Source of the DNA: Lingula anatina
Taxonomy: Eukaryota > Animalia > Brachiopoda
Direction: 5' to 3'
Assembly: GCA_051362555.1 (NCBI GenBank)
Contig: CM120648.1
Coordinates: 3,034,587-3,098,586, forward strand
Length of the DNA stretch: 64,000 nucleotides
Shown here: positions 27,801-40,900 of the stretch, piece by piece
Layout of the letters: each line of letters opens with the position of its first letter
Numbering within the stretch: position 1 is the first letter of the stretch
Made by a program: the position numbers and the translations under genes
The notes under the pieces: model-generated
The model's database searches: none
What the model saw: only the letters and a program-made list of their open reading frames with translations
What the model was told of the DNA's origin: nothing

Positions 27801-28531
27801 CTGCTTAGTTTAACCCGGTAGATTTGATATGTCTTCCCCCATTTTCCTAGTGTACATATACAATTACCGCTCTTGTATCCGTAGGCGTATTTTCGATTTT
27901 CAGAATGCCAACTTTGAATAGATGTTTTCTGATAATAGTAATAAAAAGACCACTTAATATTTAACAGATTGACTTCACCTATTTGTGATTCATGTAAAAT
28001 AATTGCACAAAGAAAAAAATCAGTTAACTCAAACCCAGCAAATATCGCAGCATTCCACTGATCCAGTCTACTTGAGATATGTACAGGCATATATTGATGC
28101 TGCACTGAGTAAATGCGTGGTGTATTGATTAAAGCTCTGCATTGTTTTATCCATTCCTTACCTTTAACTTGTGACTCTTCGTCAACAGCGAACTCACCTT
28201 CAGCGACTGTGTTTCTGTCAAACAAAGCTCCCATTTCTTCTTCTGTATCTTCCACAGTATATGTAAGCCTTTTAAGACCTATGTCTGATAGTAGCTTTTT
28301 GAGATACCGGTACTGCCCCACTTGGATAACATCCATATCTGCCAGGTCGTTCAGCATGTCTCTGACTTCATATCCATCCAAATTCTTTTTCAATTTAGCG
28401 CAAAGAAACTGTTTCATTTCTTTGGCTTTTTCTTCCCCTATTTCATTATGAAGCCTATTTATCAAACGGTTGTGCGAATCTACTAGTGCATCTATATTCC
28501 GCTCACTACTACCAGTACTTCTAGCAGCCAT
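24812..28531 (-). CDS. DED + TRADD-N-like domain protein (paralog A; 3' end unresolved)
   Basis: Exon 28531-28162 (HNRLINRLHNEIGEEKAKEMKQFL...DMLNDLADMDVIQVGQYRYLKKLLSDIGLKRL, DED-like). Two candidate 63-nt exons at 27484-27422 and 26577-26515 (GARP.QKSK.K.PSPRS). Exon 25315-24812 (IRSGSILLTVRF...DLTYFWSKYKDGAVTEALSDILL...ISCEIPEDAF, TRADD-N-like). All junctions are phase 1; the terminal exon was not identified. Confidence 0.75.
26190..27730. repeat. ~0.9-kb tandem duplication within DED paralog A carrying a mini-exon
   Basis: 26290-26800 is similar to 27175-27730 (ttaccaaaataccgacataca..., ttggaacgagg.ctcgg...tctcgctcctgaaa). Confidence 0.8.
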
Positions 28532-28655
28532 TGTGCACACTGGTATCCTTTTTGGAAAGAAGAATGAAATACACTATTTGCAGTACAACATAACAACAAA
28601 GTTTAGACCATAAACGTATCATGTCTCCCCCTGTTTTTAAACCAGATAAGCCCCC

Positions 28656-28692
<37 letters not shown>

Positions 28693-30799
28693 AAAAGAAG
28701 AAAGAAAAAAAGCACAAAGAAAACATTGTGATGCTGTACTCAATATGATATGAATCTTTCCTGCTTGTTGAGAACAAGATGGCTCAGCCGGGTGGCCGAA
28801 GTTCATCTATATTGAAATAAACCAAACACTTTACGGTTATCTGGGGGAAAGGCACACATAACTCAAACCCCGGTCCCAAATGAAAGGGGCAAAACTATTC
28901 ACAAGTTCAGTTGCCATAGTCTAACTATCCTGGCAACAATGACTGTTATGATTACCACATTTACCTCTAAGCTAGCTTCATAAATTTGTCAACTACATTT
29001 AGCAAAACCGAAACGGGATTGGTCTACCTGTGTTTTAACAGTTTTTTTTTTTTTTTTTTTTTTCCTATTAAAATTATATCACTTACCGTTGACTTTTAAA
29101 ATCTGGCTTAGTTCGATCATAACATGGCCTCCTTGCGCAACTGCTGCTGACTACAGCAGATTTTTTAAGTCACGTGACATAACATTATTTCCCGAGTTCG
29201 ACCGCAATATCAACAAAATGTTCACAACAATACCACCATGGTATTGCATAAAGCATTCAAATCGAGTGTAATGTGTAAACAAAAAATATCGATGACAGAG
29301 CAATGGCTTGTGCCTCGTACACGCAGTATTTTAAACATCACAGATGATAAAAAGGGCGTCTCTTCCTCTCTTTTTTAAAACACCTGGTGTTTTAGCTTAT
29401 AACGTCCTTTGTATTACATAAATAGCCTGTTTTGCAGGCAAGCCGTTTTGCTTACATATTGTTATATTTACAAAAGTGATCTTTCTTTCATCTGTGATAA
29501 GTTCACTTTGCTGCAATATCACATAAAGGTAATAGCATTATTATTCAAGTAAAACTGTTTTCATTAAAAAAAAACTGAATAGAGAACTGTACATTTAGGC
29601 TATGTTTAAAATCCTTATGTATTCTATTCCATTGATTTAAATCAATTATCTGTTTTTCTTTTGTATGAAAATTGCGTTACGTTTTAATGGCAAATTTTAC
29701 AAGAATGAACTTATAAAATGTTTTTTAAAAAGTAATGCCATTGAGTTAGTGAACGCTTTTTTTATTTTTGATAAGAATTCAAGATTCTTTTTATACAACA
29801 CTTTTTATACCGGATTTTCTGACTCAGTGTCTCTAAACTAATCTCAAAACAATTTGCATGTTATTTTAATGATGGATATCCATTTTACATTTGTAAAAAA
29901 ACTTTGTTGCTGTATTGTGTAAGGCCTACCCTTACCATGCCGCATTGCGTCGGCGTATTAAGATGTGACCGAGATTTGTTGATTTTATCTCCAGTGGACT
30001 GTTATCACAAACCCCCTCATGGGCACTGTATTTGCAATTTCTTTTAAATACCTTGTTGGTCTAATACATACATTTTACATAAGCAACAACTAAAGAAATA
30101 TTCCATTCTTTAGCACGCGGATCAGGAGTTATATTTACTAGTTGAACTATTTATGAACTATTGAATAAAGTAAACACTTCTAAGAAAGCTCGCATCACTT
30201 CGTTTTACCGAAAAAGCGTCGAGCTTGAGAGAAATGACGCTGCATTAAGCTATCTGTGGAAGGGGTGGATGGCAGAGTGACACGGCCAGTAGGCCTATAC
30301 ACTGTTTTGTTAATAAATTTAGAAAATTGCGAGAGAAACTGACAGAGATAAGTTTTACATACACAATATCACACTACTGCCTATGCGATTTCAGTTGTCT
30401 GTGGCGTGCTCGAGCGCTATGATTTCACGAGAGAATAAAACACTCTTAAATTATGTAATATTACACGCGTTTTGATGAGTCCTAAGAACGAGTAGGTATT
30501 TTAGGTCATACCTGTAACACAAAAATCTGGTTTCTCTGCTCTTTACACAACGCTACAACAACAAAACACATTCATGTCTGAAGTCCACCTTAAAATGTAA
30601 TGTGTTTTTCTTCGTTGTGTGCTTTGGCTGAGTGTAATATGCATTAAAAGGCATTGATTGTAATCAATAGTGTTTTTACGAAAAATTTCAGCACCAGACA
30701 TGGGCGCAGTGTTTGTTACTTCACATTGAAACATTTGCTTGATATTTTTTTTATTGATTTCGATTTCTCTTTTTTGTTCTTTTATTAATTCATAGTAAA

Positions 30800-31625
30800 T
30801 TTGGCCTGTAGGCCAGATGCCAAGGCCCACACATTGAAAAAAGAACACTCGGTTAAATTCTGTTTTTCACTCTTACACCTATGTACAGCTGTACATGGGA
30901 ATGAGTGAAAGTGAAATTTATTTACTTTACAACAGATATTACATTTTGCCTTAATACCTTGTTTGTCTAATACAGATCCATCTCATGGGCTGCAAAATAC
31001 GTACGTGTTGCTATAGATCGCGGGCATGGGGTTATACAAAGTACATGTATATTGATATAAAGTAAACACTTCCAAGAAAATAGGAACTCCCTGCGAATGA
31101 AGGACTAATGTGCATCAAGCACTCTAGACGTACCCCTCCTCTCTCTCTCTCTCCCAGTCTCTATTACAATCAAAGTTCAACTTTTAATGTTAATCTGATC
31201 AACGCCTAAATCAATCCTAGATCAAGTTAATTGCAGCGTAAATTCCGTGTTTTAAACCGTGAGAAACAAGCATATGTTTGTTAGTTTCTCCTCCCCCTTA
31301 TACCAAGCGGACCTATCTACCAATAAAGGACATACCTCATCACGCATGTCGATCGTACATTATTGTCACAATAAGCGATGCTACGACATTCAGACAGTCT
31401 GGAAACTGTTGCACAAAACAAGTGCACTTAAAGTTGAAATAAAGGTATGGGCAAAAACTGCTAAGAATTTTAGCCAACTAAACTGCTTTTCAGTCTTTGC
31501 GCCTAGTGCAAATTGCGATTGTTGTGCTGTAGTGGAGACAGGACCGCAATTGTATGTCGTCTATATATTTTGTGTGTACTCAATCGTTCTTTAACCTCTT
31601 ACAGCACTATCACAAAGTCGACTCT
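30800..31625. repeat. Segmentally duplicated non-coding block (partner at 41494-42149)
   Basis: Shared strings include ttggcct.ta.gccagatgcc.agg.ccacacattgaaaa, aaagtaaacacttccaagaaaa, cagacagtctggaaactgttgcacaaa and cactat.acaaagtcgactct. Confidence 0.85.
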
Positions 31626-31965
31626 GATTCAGATCTAGAAAGTCACTCTGATATTGAGCAAGATCTTAATGTGAGGGTCCCCTTAAGTAATTCCACATCA
31701 GATGATAAGAGTGAGACAGAATCACAATCTATTAGAAACAGTTTGCGGGAATGGGCAGGAGAATTTCAAATTCCATTAATAGCTATTGGCTCTCTACTTA
31801 CAACTTTGAGACCAGTTATGCCAAAATTACCAAAAGATCCTCGCAGTGTTATGAAAACACAGCAGCACTATAATGTGTTAAATATATGTGGAGGTGAATA
31901 CTTCTATTTTGGAATACTGAAGGGAGTTCAAAGCTGTGTCCAGAAGTATTCTGCTGTCATTCAGG

Positions 31966-32040
<75 letters not shown>

Positions 32041-34712
32041 CACTTTTGAATTACAAATTAATGTAGATTTATTGCCATTATTTAAAGGCACAGGTCACCA
32101 GTTTTGGCCAATTTTAGGAAGTGTGCGAAATGTAGATGACAAAAAACCATTCATAATTGCAATATTTGCCAGCACACAAAAACCACATGACCTCTCGGTA
32201 TATTTCAGGCACTTCATAGATGAATATAACTCATTACATCACAATGGGTTTGAATTGGACTGAAAACTCTGTTTCATAAAACTTTATTCAGTGATTTGTG
32301 ATGCACCTGCTCGTGCCTTTGTGAAAAATGTTAAAACTTCCACTGGCTATCATGGCTGTGACAAATGTGAACAACCAGCTGCAGGAAGGTGGTTAGCTGG
32401 AAAGATTGTGTATTCAGATTTAAATTCAACTTTACGGACAGATTCCTCTTTTAGGAATCAGACAGACATAGAACACCACAAAGGTTTTTCACCACTATTG
32501 GATGCACAGATTGGAATGGTGAGCCAGTTTCCTCTAGATTATATGCACCTGGTTTGCCATGGTGTTACCAAACGTATACTTCTGATGTGGATAAAAGGCC
32601 CATTAGAATTCCGTATTGGACCAAGGGCAGTTGTTTAGAAATATCTTTAGCATTGTTAAATTTAAAAATGCACATCCCAAGTTAATTTGCCAGAAAAGCC
32701 AGAACTTTGTCAGAAATTGAAAGGTGGAAAGCTACAGAATTTAGGCAATTTCTTTTATATACTGGTCCAGTTGTTCTCAAAGATGTTATCCATACCAACT
32801 TGTATGCTTTTATCCACTGGTATACATTTGCTGTTGAGCGAAATGCTAAATGCTACTTACAATAACTGTGCAAAAGAACTACTTGAAATATTTGTGAAAC
32901 ATTACTGTGAAATTTATGGCTGCAAACAAGCAGTTTACAATGTTCACGGCCTTATTCACCTCTCACTTGATGCTCTAAACTATGGCAGTCTTGAAAACAT
33001 TTCAGCTTTTCCATATGAAAACTTCCTCCACCAGCTTAAAAGACTAGTAAGAAAACCAAAATTCCCACTCCAACACGTAATAAGAAGACTATCAGAAAAA
33101 ATGACGAAGGAAGCAGTTATAATGATACTTCTGATCATGCAAATCTGCACAAGGAACATTTCAATGGCCCTCTTCTTCCAGAATTTACAACTGCAGTCCA
33201 ATATCAGACAGTGAAGACAACAAAATTTGTAATTCGATTGGACCAAAAAGACCCCTGCATAAAAGGCAGAATAGTTTTGTAGTTTTGATTATGATGATAA
33301 CTATGAACCATACTTAGGGATGTTAGAATGTCCTTTCAAAGTATAGACACAATTCACTTCAAATTACAGATAACTATGTCAAAGCAAGGGAAAAAATGAA
33401 TGTTTCACAGTTTACATCAGACCTGCAAACAGAAGAAGAGGGAGTACTTCTACTCGGCCTAAAAGAAAAATTAGGTAGGGTGCTTAACAGTCCAATTTGT
33501 TTTCTTTCCCGAAATAGATTAAGTACATATTACTTATAAAACATTGACCTTTCCTCTGATCAGTCTAGTTTATTTTCTAAAAATGTGATTTACATTATTT
33601 ACATCCTTGAGCAAGAAATGATGTAAATCCTATTCCACTGTCATGTAGCCGATGTAGAATGGCAGGTCAATATATTTTTTCTTGAAACATCCTGTTGAAA
33701 CTTCTCAAGTTACCAATTTGGTACTGTAGATAACTTACTTTGAAAATAATTGCAGAAACTACTGATTTATTAAAGACTATTACATAACATCCACATCTAC
33801 TAGTATGCAATGATTAGTCAAAAGTGAAATTTTGGTACACTGTAAATATTTTCTTTTGCCTTTTTAGGTTGGATCTTTGTAAATTACCTTCCCCAGCTAT
33901 CCCCGAAATGATATTTAAAGTGTGTTTTCATATTTTTTATTTCAATTTGTAGGTGCAGTTTGTAAAACCTACAGAAATTGCACAGAAAAGGAAGTTGAAG
34001 ATGTCGCAAAGGATTGGCTTCGCTTCTCAAAAGACAGAGCAGGGGGCAGGAAGAGGAGAAGACAGGATAATTCAACTAATTCAATATAAAATGACAATTT
34101 TCAATGACTCTACATATTTTCACATAATTGCGTTTTACAGAACAGTCTGAAAGATTATGTACAGACACAGTTTGTACTAATTAAATACTTAAGAAAGAAG
34201 TTACATGTCTTTTTGTTTCATTTACAATTTTCATTGTCACCATTCCAGGTGTGGTGAAGATGATCACAGGCAGAGCAAGTCCACTGAGGAATACATCCAT
34301 CAATTAGCTTGCCAATTTAATTTTCAGATTCCACATACTCAAGATATTTCATCAGGATATTGTTCTGCCTGTGCATCAGACATGTTTAATTGTAGCTGGT
34401 TAAAGGTTGGGTGATTTTTGGGCCTACGTTGGTTATTAGTTGGGCCAACGTAAGTACACTGTTGGTTGCAGGTTGGGTAACTGCTGGACCAATGTTGAAT
34501 ATAAGTTAGCCTAATGTAGGACCAACGTAGTTTGGTTGGGAATACGTTGTCAATGCTTTGGTATTAAAATTGACCAACGTCGGGAAAACACGTTTAGCCA
34601 ACGTTGGCCAAAGTGAGCACTTAGATGGAAACCCAACGCTGAGCCAACGTTAGCATGGTTAACCAAGCTAACGTTGGGCCAACGTTGGGCCAACGTTTGC
34701 TTGCTATCTGGG
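31625..34712 (+). mobile_element. Decayed, 5'-truncated EnSpm/CACTA (CMC)-type DNA transposon
   Basis: Fragmented transposase ORFs: LPKDPRS, QFWPILG, ICDAPARAFVK...GYHGCDKC, PLDYMHLVCHGVTKR, YNVHGLIHL...YGSLENISAFPYENFL. They are broken by stops, frameshifts and a (TA)n tract. The right end has ccaacgttgg subterminal repeats ending ...ttgctatctggg. No left terminus was seen. Confidence 0.82.
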
Positions 34713-35304
34713 TAGTGACAAAATTATCTTGTCAGCTGTTTACACGAAGATAAGGCAAGCACCGACATCACGTCATTTAGATAGCACAGCATCACGTATC
34801 ATGCACCCATGTGGTCATAAAGACCATGACAGGACACAGAGTGTTAAAAAATTGAACGGATACTGCCATAGATACGAAACCTTAACAAATTTAATGTCGA
34901 TTTTATGTGCCTACTCCTGTGTTTTTAGATCAAGCCTTAAGGGAGATCGCATACATGCACTTTAGGATTTTTTTATTTATCCGCTTAGAATATGCGGATG
35001 AAGAAAACACTGGCCAACATGATTGTTATGAAATATTGCTGTTGCATCGAAACTTCGTCGGGGTGAAATTGCTTATTCGAGCTGTTGACGCTACAGCAGC
35101 GCTTTGGGGTAAAAACTGTTATATCCTTTTCAAACAGACCTCTCTCGCCAGAACAGCTGATAGCAACTTTTTAACGCACCTTCAGTCACAGCAGCAAGTA
35201 CTACAATCTGGTGCCAGGGAGTTTTGTCTGGAGGGTTGATATTTCTGGTTTTATGAGTAATGAGGCGAAATAATACCTTTGTTTTATGGAACATCGCATT
35301 TATG

Positions 35305-35347
<43 letters not shown>

Positions 35348-35804
35348 AACACTGCCTCCAGATCATAGTTCACATCCGCATTCTCGATCATGCTAATTTT
35401 TTTATTACATCCTACTTAGATGTAGAGTTATACTTAGAGTAACGTCGAGGGCTGATTACTTTCTCCCAACAAAGCAGCGAAACCGGTGATTTATGCTTGG
35501 CCATCCTAAGATCATCTAAATTTTTTTTAAACTTAGATAAGTGCTCAACATAAAAAGCGGTAGGAACTACTTTAAATATTTGTCCCCCTTGATTTCAAAA
35601 CAATTTTGTTCCTGATAATATCTGTACAGAAAAAATTCCACTGAACATGCAGTTTTGTAAGTATGAGATTGTGCGTGTAGATAGTAAAATGTGTACCCCT
35701 GTAAGCTAATGTAGCAGGTATCGAGCAGCAGTAAAGACCCGACTTGAATTCAGATCGTCCAAGTATACAAATTTGAAAGTCGCAATAATATTTTAGTGAG
35801 AACC

Positions 35805-36479
35805 ATGCGCTGCTTAAAGGCACTTGTAGCCTTCTTTTTCTTCGGTTTAAGCACCTGGGACACTATTAATGATTGGATGTCGTGGGCTGAGCTAAACAAA
35901 CAGGCAAATTTTGGCAAAACTCCCAAGGGAATTGACCCTCCCTCTGCCGAGGGAGTCCGTGCATTGCTGGCGTTTACCATCATTGGAACGATATTGTACT
36001 TGCTTGAAATAGTGAACATTTGGAGCCCCGTTTGGCGTGACGATGGTGACACCGACTTCTGTGACGAGCCATGCGAAGACTGCTGTGAAACGGAGTGTGG
36101 TACAAATTGTATTAAGGACGGTTCATGTTATGGCGCGTGTAAAACTAAGACCACAGCTTTGATGGAACCTCTTGCTCTTCAGCTCGTGATTCTTATCCTG
36201 GAAGAATTCCCGCTGTCTCTAATTAACTGGAACCTGAGCAAACACCGCGAAAATTATACCACGTGTTGGCAGATTCTAGGCTCAGCGACTGGCATGGCGT
36301 CGCCCGGAGCCAGGTGGATTGGGGCAATGGTTTCACGCAGAATGTGCGAAAAGGATCAGCAATGCTGGCGCAAGTGGGTCTTCTGGCTGATGTTAATTCC
36401 GTTTGCTGCCATCACAGTATTCAACGTGTTGGAGTGGGAGGCTCGTGAACATACCCAGCAACTACACCAGCTGTGTTGA
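35805..36479 (+). CDS. Uncharacterised multipass membrane protein with XK-like motifs and a Cys/acidic loop (intronless CDS)
   Basis: The ORF has about 5 hydrophobic segments. WDTINDW in TM1 and ILILEEFP resemble the D..DW and LE..P signatures of XK-related proteins. A paralog at 58164-52790 supports coding status. Confidence 0.7.
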   Translation: MRCLKALVAFFFFGLSTWDTINDWMSWAELNKQANFGKTPKGIDPPSAEGVRALLAFTIIGTILYLLEIVNIWSPVWRDDGDTDFCDEPCEDCCETECGTNCIKDGSCYGACKTKTTALMEPLALQLVILILEEFPLSLINWNLSKHRENYTTCWQILGSATGMASPGARWIGAMVSRRMCEKDQQCWRKWVFWLMLIPFAAITVFNVLEWEAREHTQQLHQLC

Positions 36480-37868
36480 GATCTACGACGCTTTTCATCA
36501 AAATAAATTGAAACGCGGTGATTTAAATATATGCTGTCAAAAAAGTATATTTTAGTACATTTTATGAAAATGATACAAGGAGGTCCAAGAAGGGACTAAT
36601 TTTTATTTTTTAATTCAAGAAGCAATATTGACAAAAGAGAATGAGGCTTACATGTACATACTAGAGGGGACGTTAACATCACAGAAAGATAGGCCTATAT
36701 GTTCATTACCTAGACAGAAAAATGAATTATTTTTCTTGTGAAAAACTGTCGATGAATACCTGGATAGTTGTGCCATGAATTAACAATGACAATCCCCTAC
36801 AGCTTTGACAGCGCTGGTTGACTATAGACCTTGAAACATGCCAATTTTACATTGAAGCTAAATTTTTATGATTAATAGGTAGGAATTCTGAGTTGATGTA
36901 AGGATGTCAAAATATATACGAGCAAGTGGCACTTTCGTAGATTTTTTTAGCTAACCTTTATTACAGATGTTTCCAAGATGAGACCTAACGCGTAATCATA
37001 TGTAGGAGACCAATCTTCATGATTTTATGTTGTGACTTTAGAACAAATTTAAAACATTTTACAATCACCAGTATGTAAGGATAACCTTTAGACTACTTGT
37101 TGATAACTGATTTCTTTGTGCTGCTTGTTTAGTAGATGACTGTTGTTGGTATTACCACGTTCTAATTACAATATTTGCAATAATAATAATAATAATAATG
37201 ATTAAAACTACGGGTATTTTTTGTCTTGGCAGACAAGTGTCCATACATGCATAGCGATGGTAATGCGGCACGATTACTAAAGCATCACCTTTCTCACAAA
37301 ATGTAAACAAGTTTGACTCGGATAGACTGCGTGTTATGTAAAGTCGATTTTGTGATAGGCTATTGGTCTAAGAGGTTTTACTTCCGCCGCAATAAAAACT
37401 GTAGTAGACACACTACATGTAGACAATCACGATTTGCTTTAGGTAGTAAGTTTTAAAATGTGAATGGCAGCTTATTACTGATTTGGCGGTAATACTTGCA
37501 TGTGGCGGCCTATAATTGCCGCCTTTGCTTAGATTGGCTAAATGTCGAAGCAAATTTTTGTAATAATGGACCAAAATTGCAATGCCCATACGTAATGAGG
37601 TAGATCCTTCATCTGTATAGGCCTACAGGTCAACCTTTCTTGGAAGTATTTACTCGGTCTAATCATTCAAAATGAGCTGCAGGATAATACCTGACAGCGC
37701 CCCTTATTTTGTTTGCCGTGTCTATGCGATTAATCAGCATGTTTGATTAAGCGACCGCCTAGTGAACAAAGTTTGGCCCATATTAAGCTAGGAGAAAATG
37801 AAAGAGCTAATTTATTTTTATTAATTCACGGTCCGGATGTCCCATGCCCCCCCCCCCCCCCCCCCGGT

Positions 37869-37912
<44 letters not shown>

Positions 37913-37915
37913 CAA

Positions 37916-40900
37916 CACTCAAAGTCAATAAAACAGTGCAATTGCACTTTGAAAAATGTGCTCATATGACCAACCCCACATAATGTTCATCTCTTAGGAA
38001 AACATAGTCCTATAGCTCGGGAACACTGCCCAGAAACAGTTTCAACATTACTCTTTCCGTATTTTAACAATCGAGCTTTAAAATATGGCAGTTTTTTTGC
38101 TCTTTTTTCACAATGTAACATTCGTGACCATGTCAAGGCTGTCTCTATATAGTGGATAAATTATTTCTTCTTTTAGCTTAACTCAAAAACTTCTTTTATT
38201 CTTGAAGCTTGTATATTTGTTTCACAAAACAAACCTTCAAATGAGCATGATATTTTATTTTTTTCATTTATAACTCACAACAATAATCAATGAAAAACAA
38301 TAAACACGTAAAAATAGAAATTCAAACAAAGTGACTAGAATTAAATATCAATATCTTTAATGAATAATGTATTAACTTAAAAAAAACAATATTTGTTTTT
38401 CATACAAATATTTAAGAGAAATAAAATGATTTGATTTCACAAATTTACATTGTCTTCTTCATTTTTGGACGAAAAAATTAAAAGGTAGGAAAAGTAACGT
38501 ATGTTTCATACATCAAGTAATAATGCCTCAATTTTACAGAATGGTTCAAGTAATTAAGTCTATCAAGTCATTGTTTTGCTTTACACTTATTGTTCATATT
38601 TAGATCAAAATACACCATTTTATATGTCAAATCACATTTTCTAACAATTCCTGGTGGTCTTATTTTTACTTTTTGAACATAAGTACACTTTTTATGTTGA
38701 GTTATCCTTTTTATTATAATCACTGTGGAAGAAAAGAATAAACAAAAGTAATTTCACATTGTTAACAAACAAACCTGAGTTACTCAGAACCTTTTAAACT
38801 GACATGGTGATCGTGATGCATATAAAATCTCTCAATTATATACTAAGAAAGTCTGTAACGTATGTTACTTAATTTAGCAATGGATCTTTTCTGCATTGAA
38901 TTGCCAACATGAAAATGATGTCACAGGAAAACATGACGAATTTCAATTAAACACTCCATTGCTTAATGGAGGAAACATTAAACATAACCATCAGAAAAAC
39001 ATCATAAAACCTGTTCCTTACTCACTTCATAAAAACCAAAGTTACGTATGTTACACATGATGAAATATGATGCTCAATTATGCCTGAATTTACTTTCAAC
39101 CAATTTCACATCCCGCTTACTGAATTTGAACATTCTTTTTGTTTTTTCCTTTTTTCTGGGCTGCATTATACTTTTGTCGCCGCGGACGTAAAATGCTGTT
39201 ACCTCTCTCCTGAATTTGTATGCTGTTCGTTTTCTAATCTCTGCTGTGTCGATACCTTTACGTATTATATTAGATATTAGATTTCTGTTAATCTTTGCTG
39301 ACTTGCTAAAATGTGAAATACATCTGTACTTTTTTAACAGTTTTCCAGCAAAACTACCATACAATTGCCTCTTCTTTGCATTGCTTGTTGTTACATGCTT
39401 GAATTTTGAAGCCTCAGCCGTGATGACGTTTGTTAGCAGTTGTTGTTTTCTAACTCTTTCGCCCCCAAAACCCTTTGATTTTGGAAAGAGTCTCTTCATA
39501 TTACTTCTAGGTGTGTTTGGACATGCTGGTATATTCATCTTTCTTTTCATTCTCTGCATCTTCCTTTGAACGTATTTTACTTTCTTTTTTAGACCTTCAT
39601 TTTCCTTTTTCAAAGATTTTAACTTGTCTCTGCTTTTTCTCAATGCTTTGCTTAGCCTCTTTCTGGGTCCATTTCTACGATTCGGTAACCTTACTACGAG
39701 TCCAGTGCTATGGTCACTTTGCATTGTTTCATAACCACTGGTATCATTTGTGGACTCTACAGGGTTTGGAACGTCGACTGCAGCATTTTCAACATTTTTC
39801 TTCTGCCTACACTTTCTTACCCACTCTTTTACTTCATCTCTTCTTTTTGACCTCTTTCTTTCTGTTAAAGTTCCTATTGGGACATAATTTCTTTTTTGCC
39901 GTGCCCTCTCTTTGGCAAGGTATGTTTCCCTCTCATTTCTTTTCTTCCTCTCCCTATAATTCTTTTGGATTTCTGCTCTTGAAAGCGGCATCTTGACCTA
40001 AATTGAGAGAAAAAGAGATTTGTAACATACGTTACCAGACCAACAGGAATGTATTTTGTACAATAAAACTAAGCCATATCTTACTTTTAGCTTATTTTTA
40101 TTCATTTTTATGATAAGTATATGCAATCCATCCTTTTCTAACCAAATATTCAATATTTCAGGAAGAAAAAAAATACCGAAAAAAATATTGTTCAATTAAT
40201 ATTATTCTTTATTGCATAAATTTTTCCCATGCTTTTTCCCATTTAGTTCTTATAATTTTTCCTACTAATGGCCCGAGTTTATTTGATGAACTGACTCCCA
40301 ATCTCAGATACTACAGGAATTCAAGGTTTCTTATCTTTTTATTGTTCAATATATACTAAGAAATCTAGCTATAACTAGAGTAACATACGTTACCAAAAGT
40401 AACGTATGTTACTTTCACTGAATGCCCTACAATTCCAAGAAGAAAAACATTTCAAGCTAATGAAATAAGTTTATGTCTTGCAAGCACTTCTCCAAACTAA
40501 TCTACATATGAAATGTTTCTTTTCAGAAAGATTGATATAATATTTTTGAAACTCAAATAATAGTGGTACTTACCTTAGAATATGGAAGAGTATTTCTAGG
40601 TTTTCCTTCTACGAAGGCACGTTGTATTTAGTGGCTGAGAAACAGCATGGCGTCTTCAACTCATGTGACTAATCATGTGATCACAGATAAGGGGGGAAGG
40701 GATTTACAAGGAATAATTTGAAAATGTAGGTAACGCATGTTACATCACGTATGTTACAAATCAGCTTTGACAATCAAATTATGCCAAAATCTGAGACACT
40801 TTTTCTGACTTGTTGATATATTTTCTTCATTCATCAGCAAATATTGAAATTATGAAAGAAGCCATCGTATACTGTAAGCACTCAAATTATATGATAGGTA

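Noticed and set aside
27773-28161. C-terminal half of the 255-aa ORF as part of the DED protein
   Set aside because: Read-through into intron after a strong donor (AAAG|GTAAGG at 28162); paralog B splices at the same point.
37916-37941. RAG/Transib recombination-signal-like end
   Set aside because: Only CAC matches. There is no heptamer-spacer-nonamer arrangement, no 5-bp TSD and no RAG1-like core.
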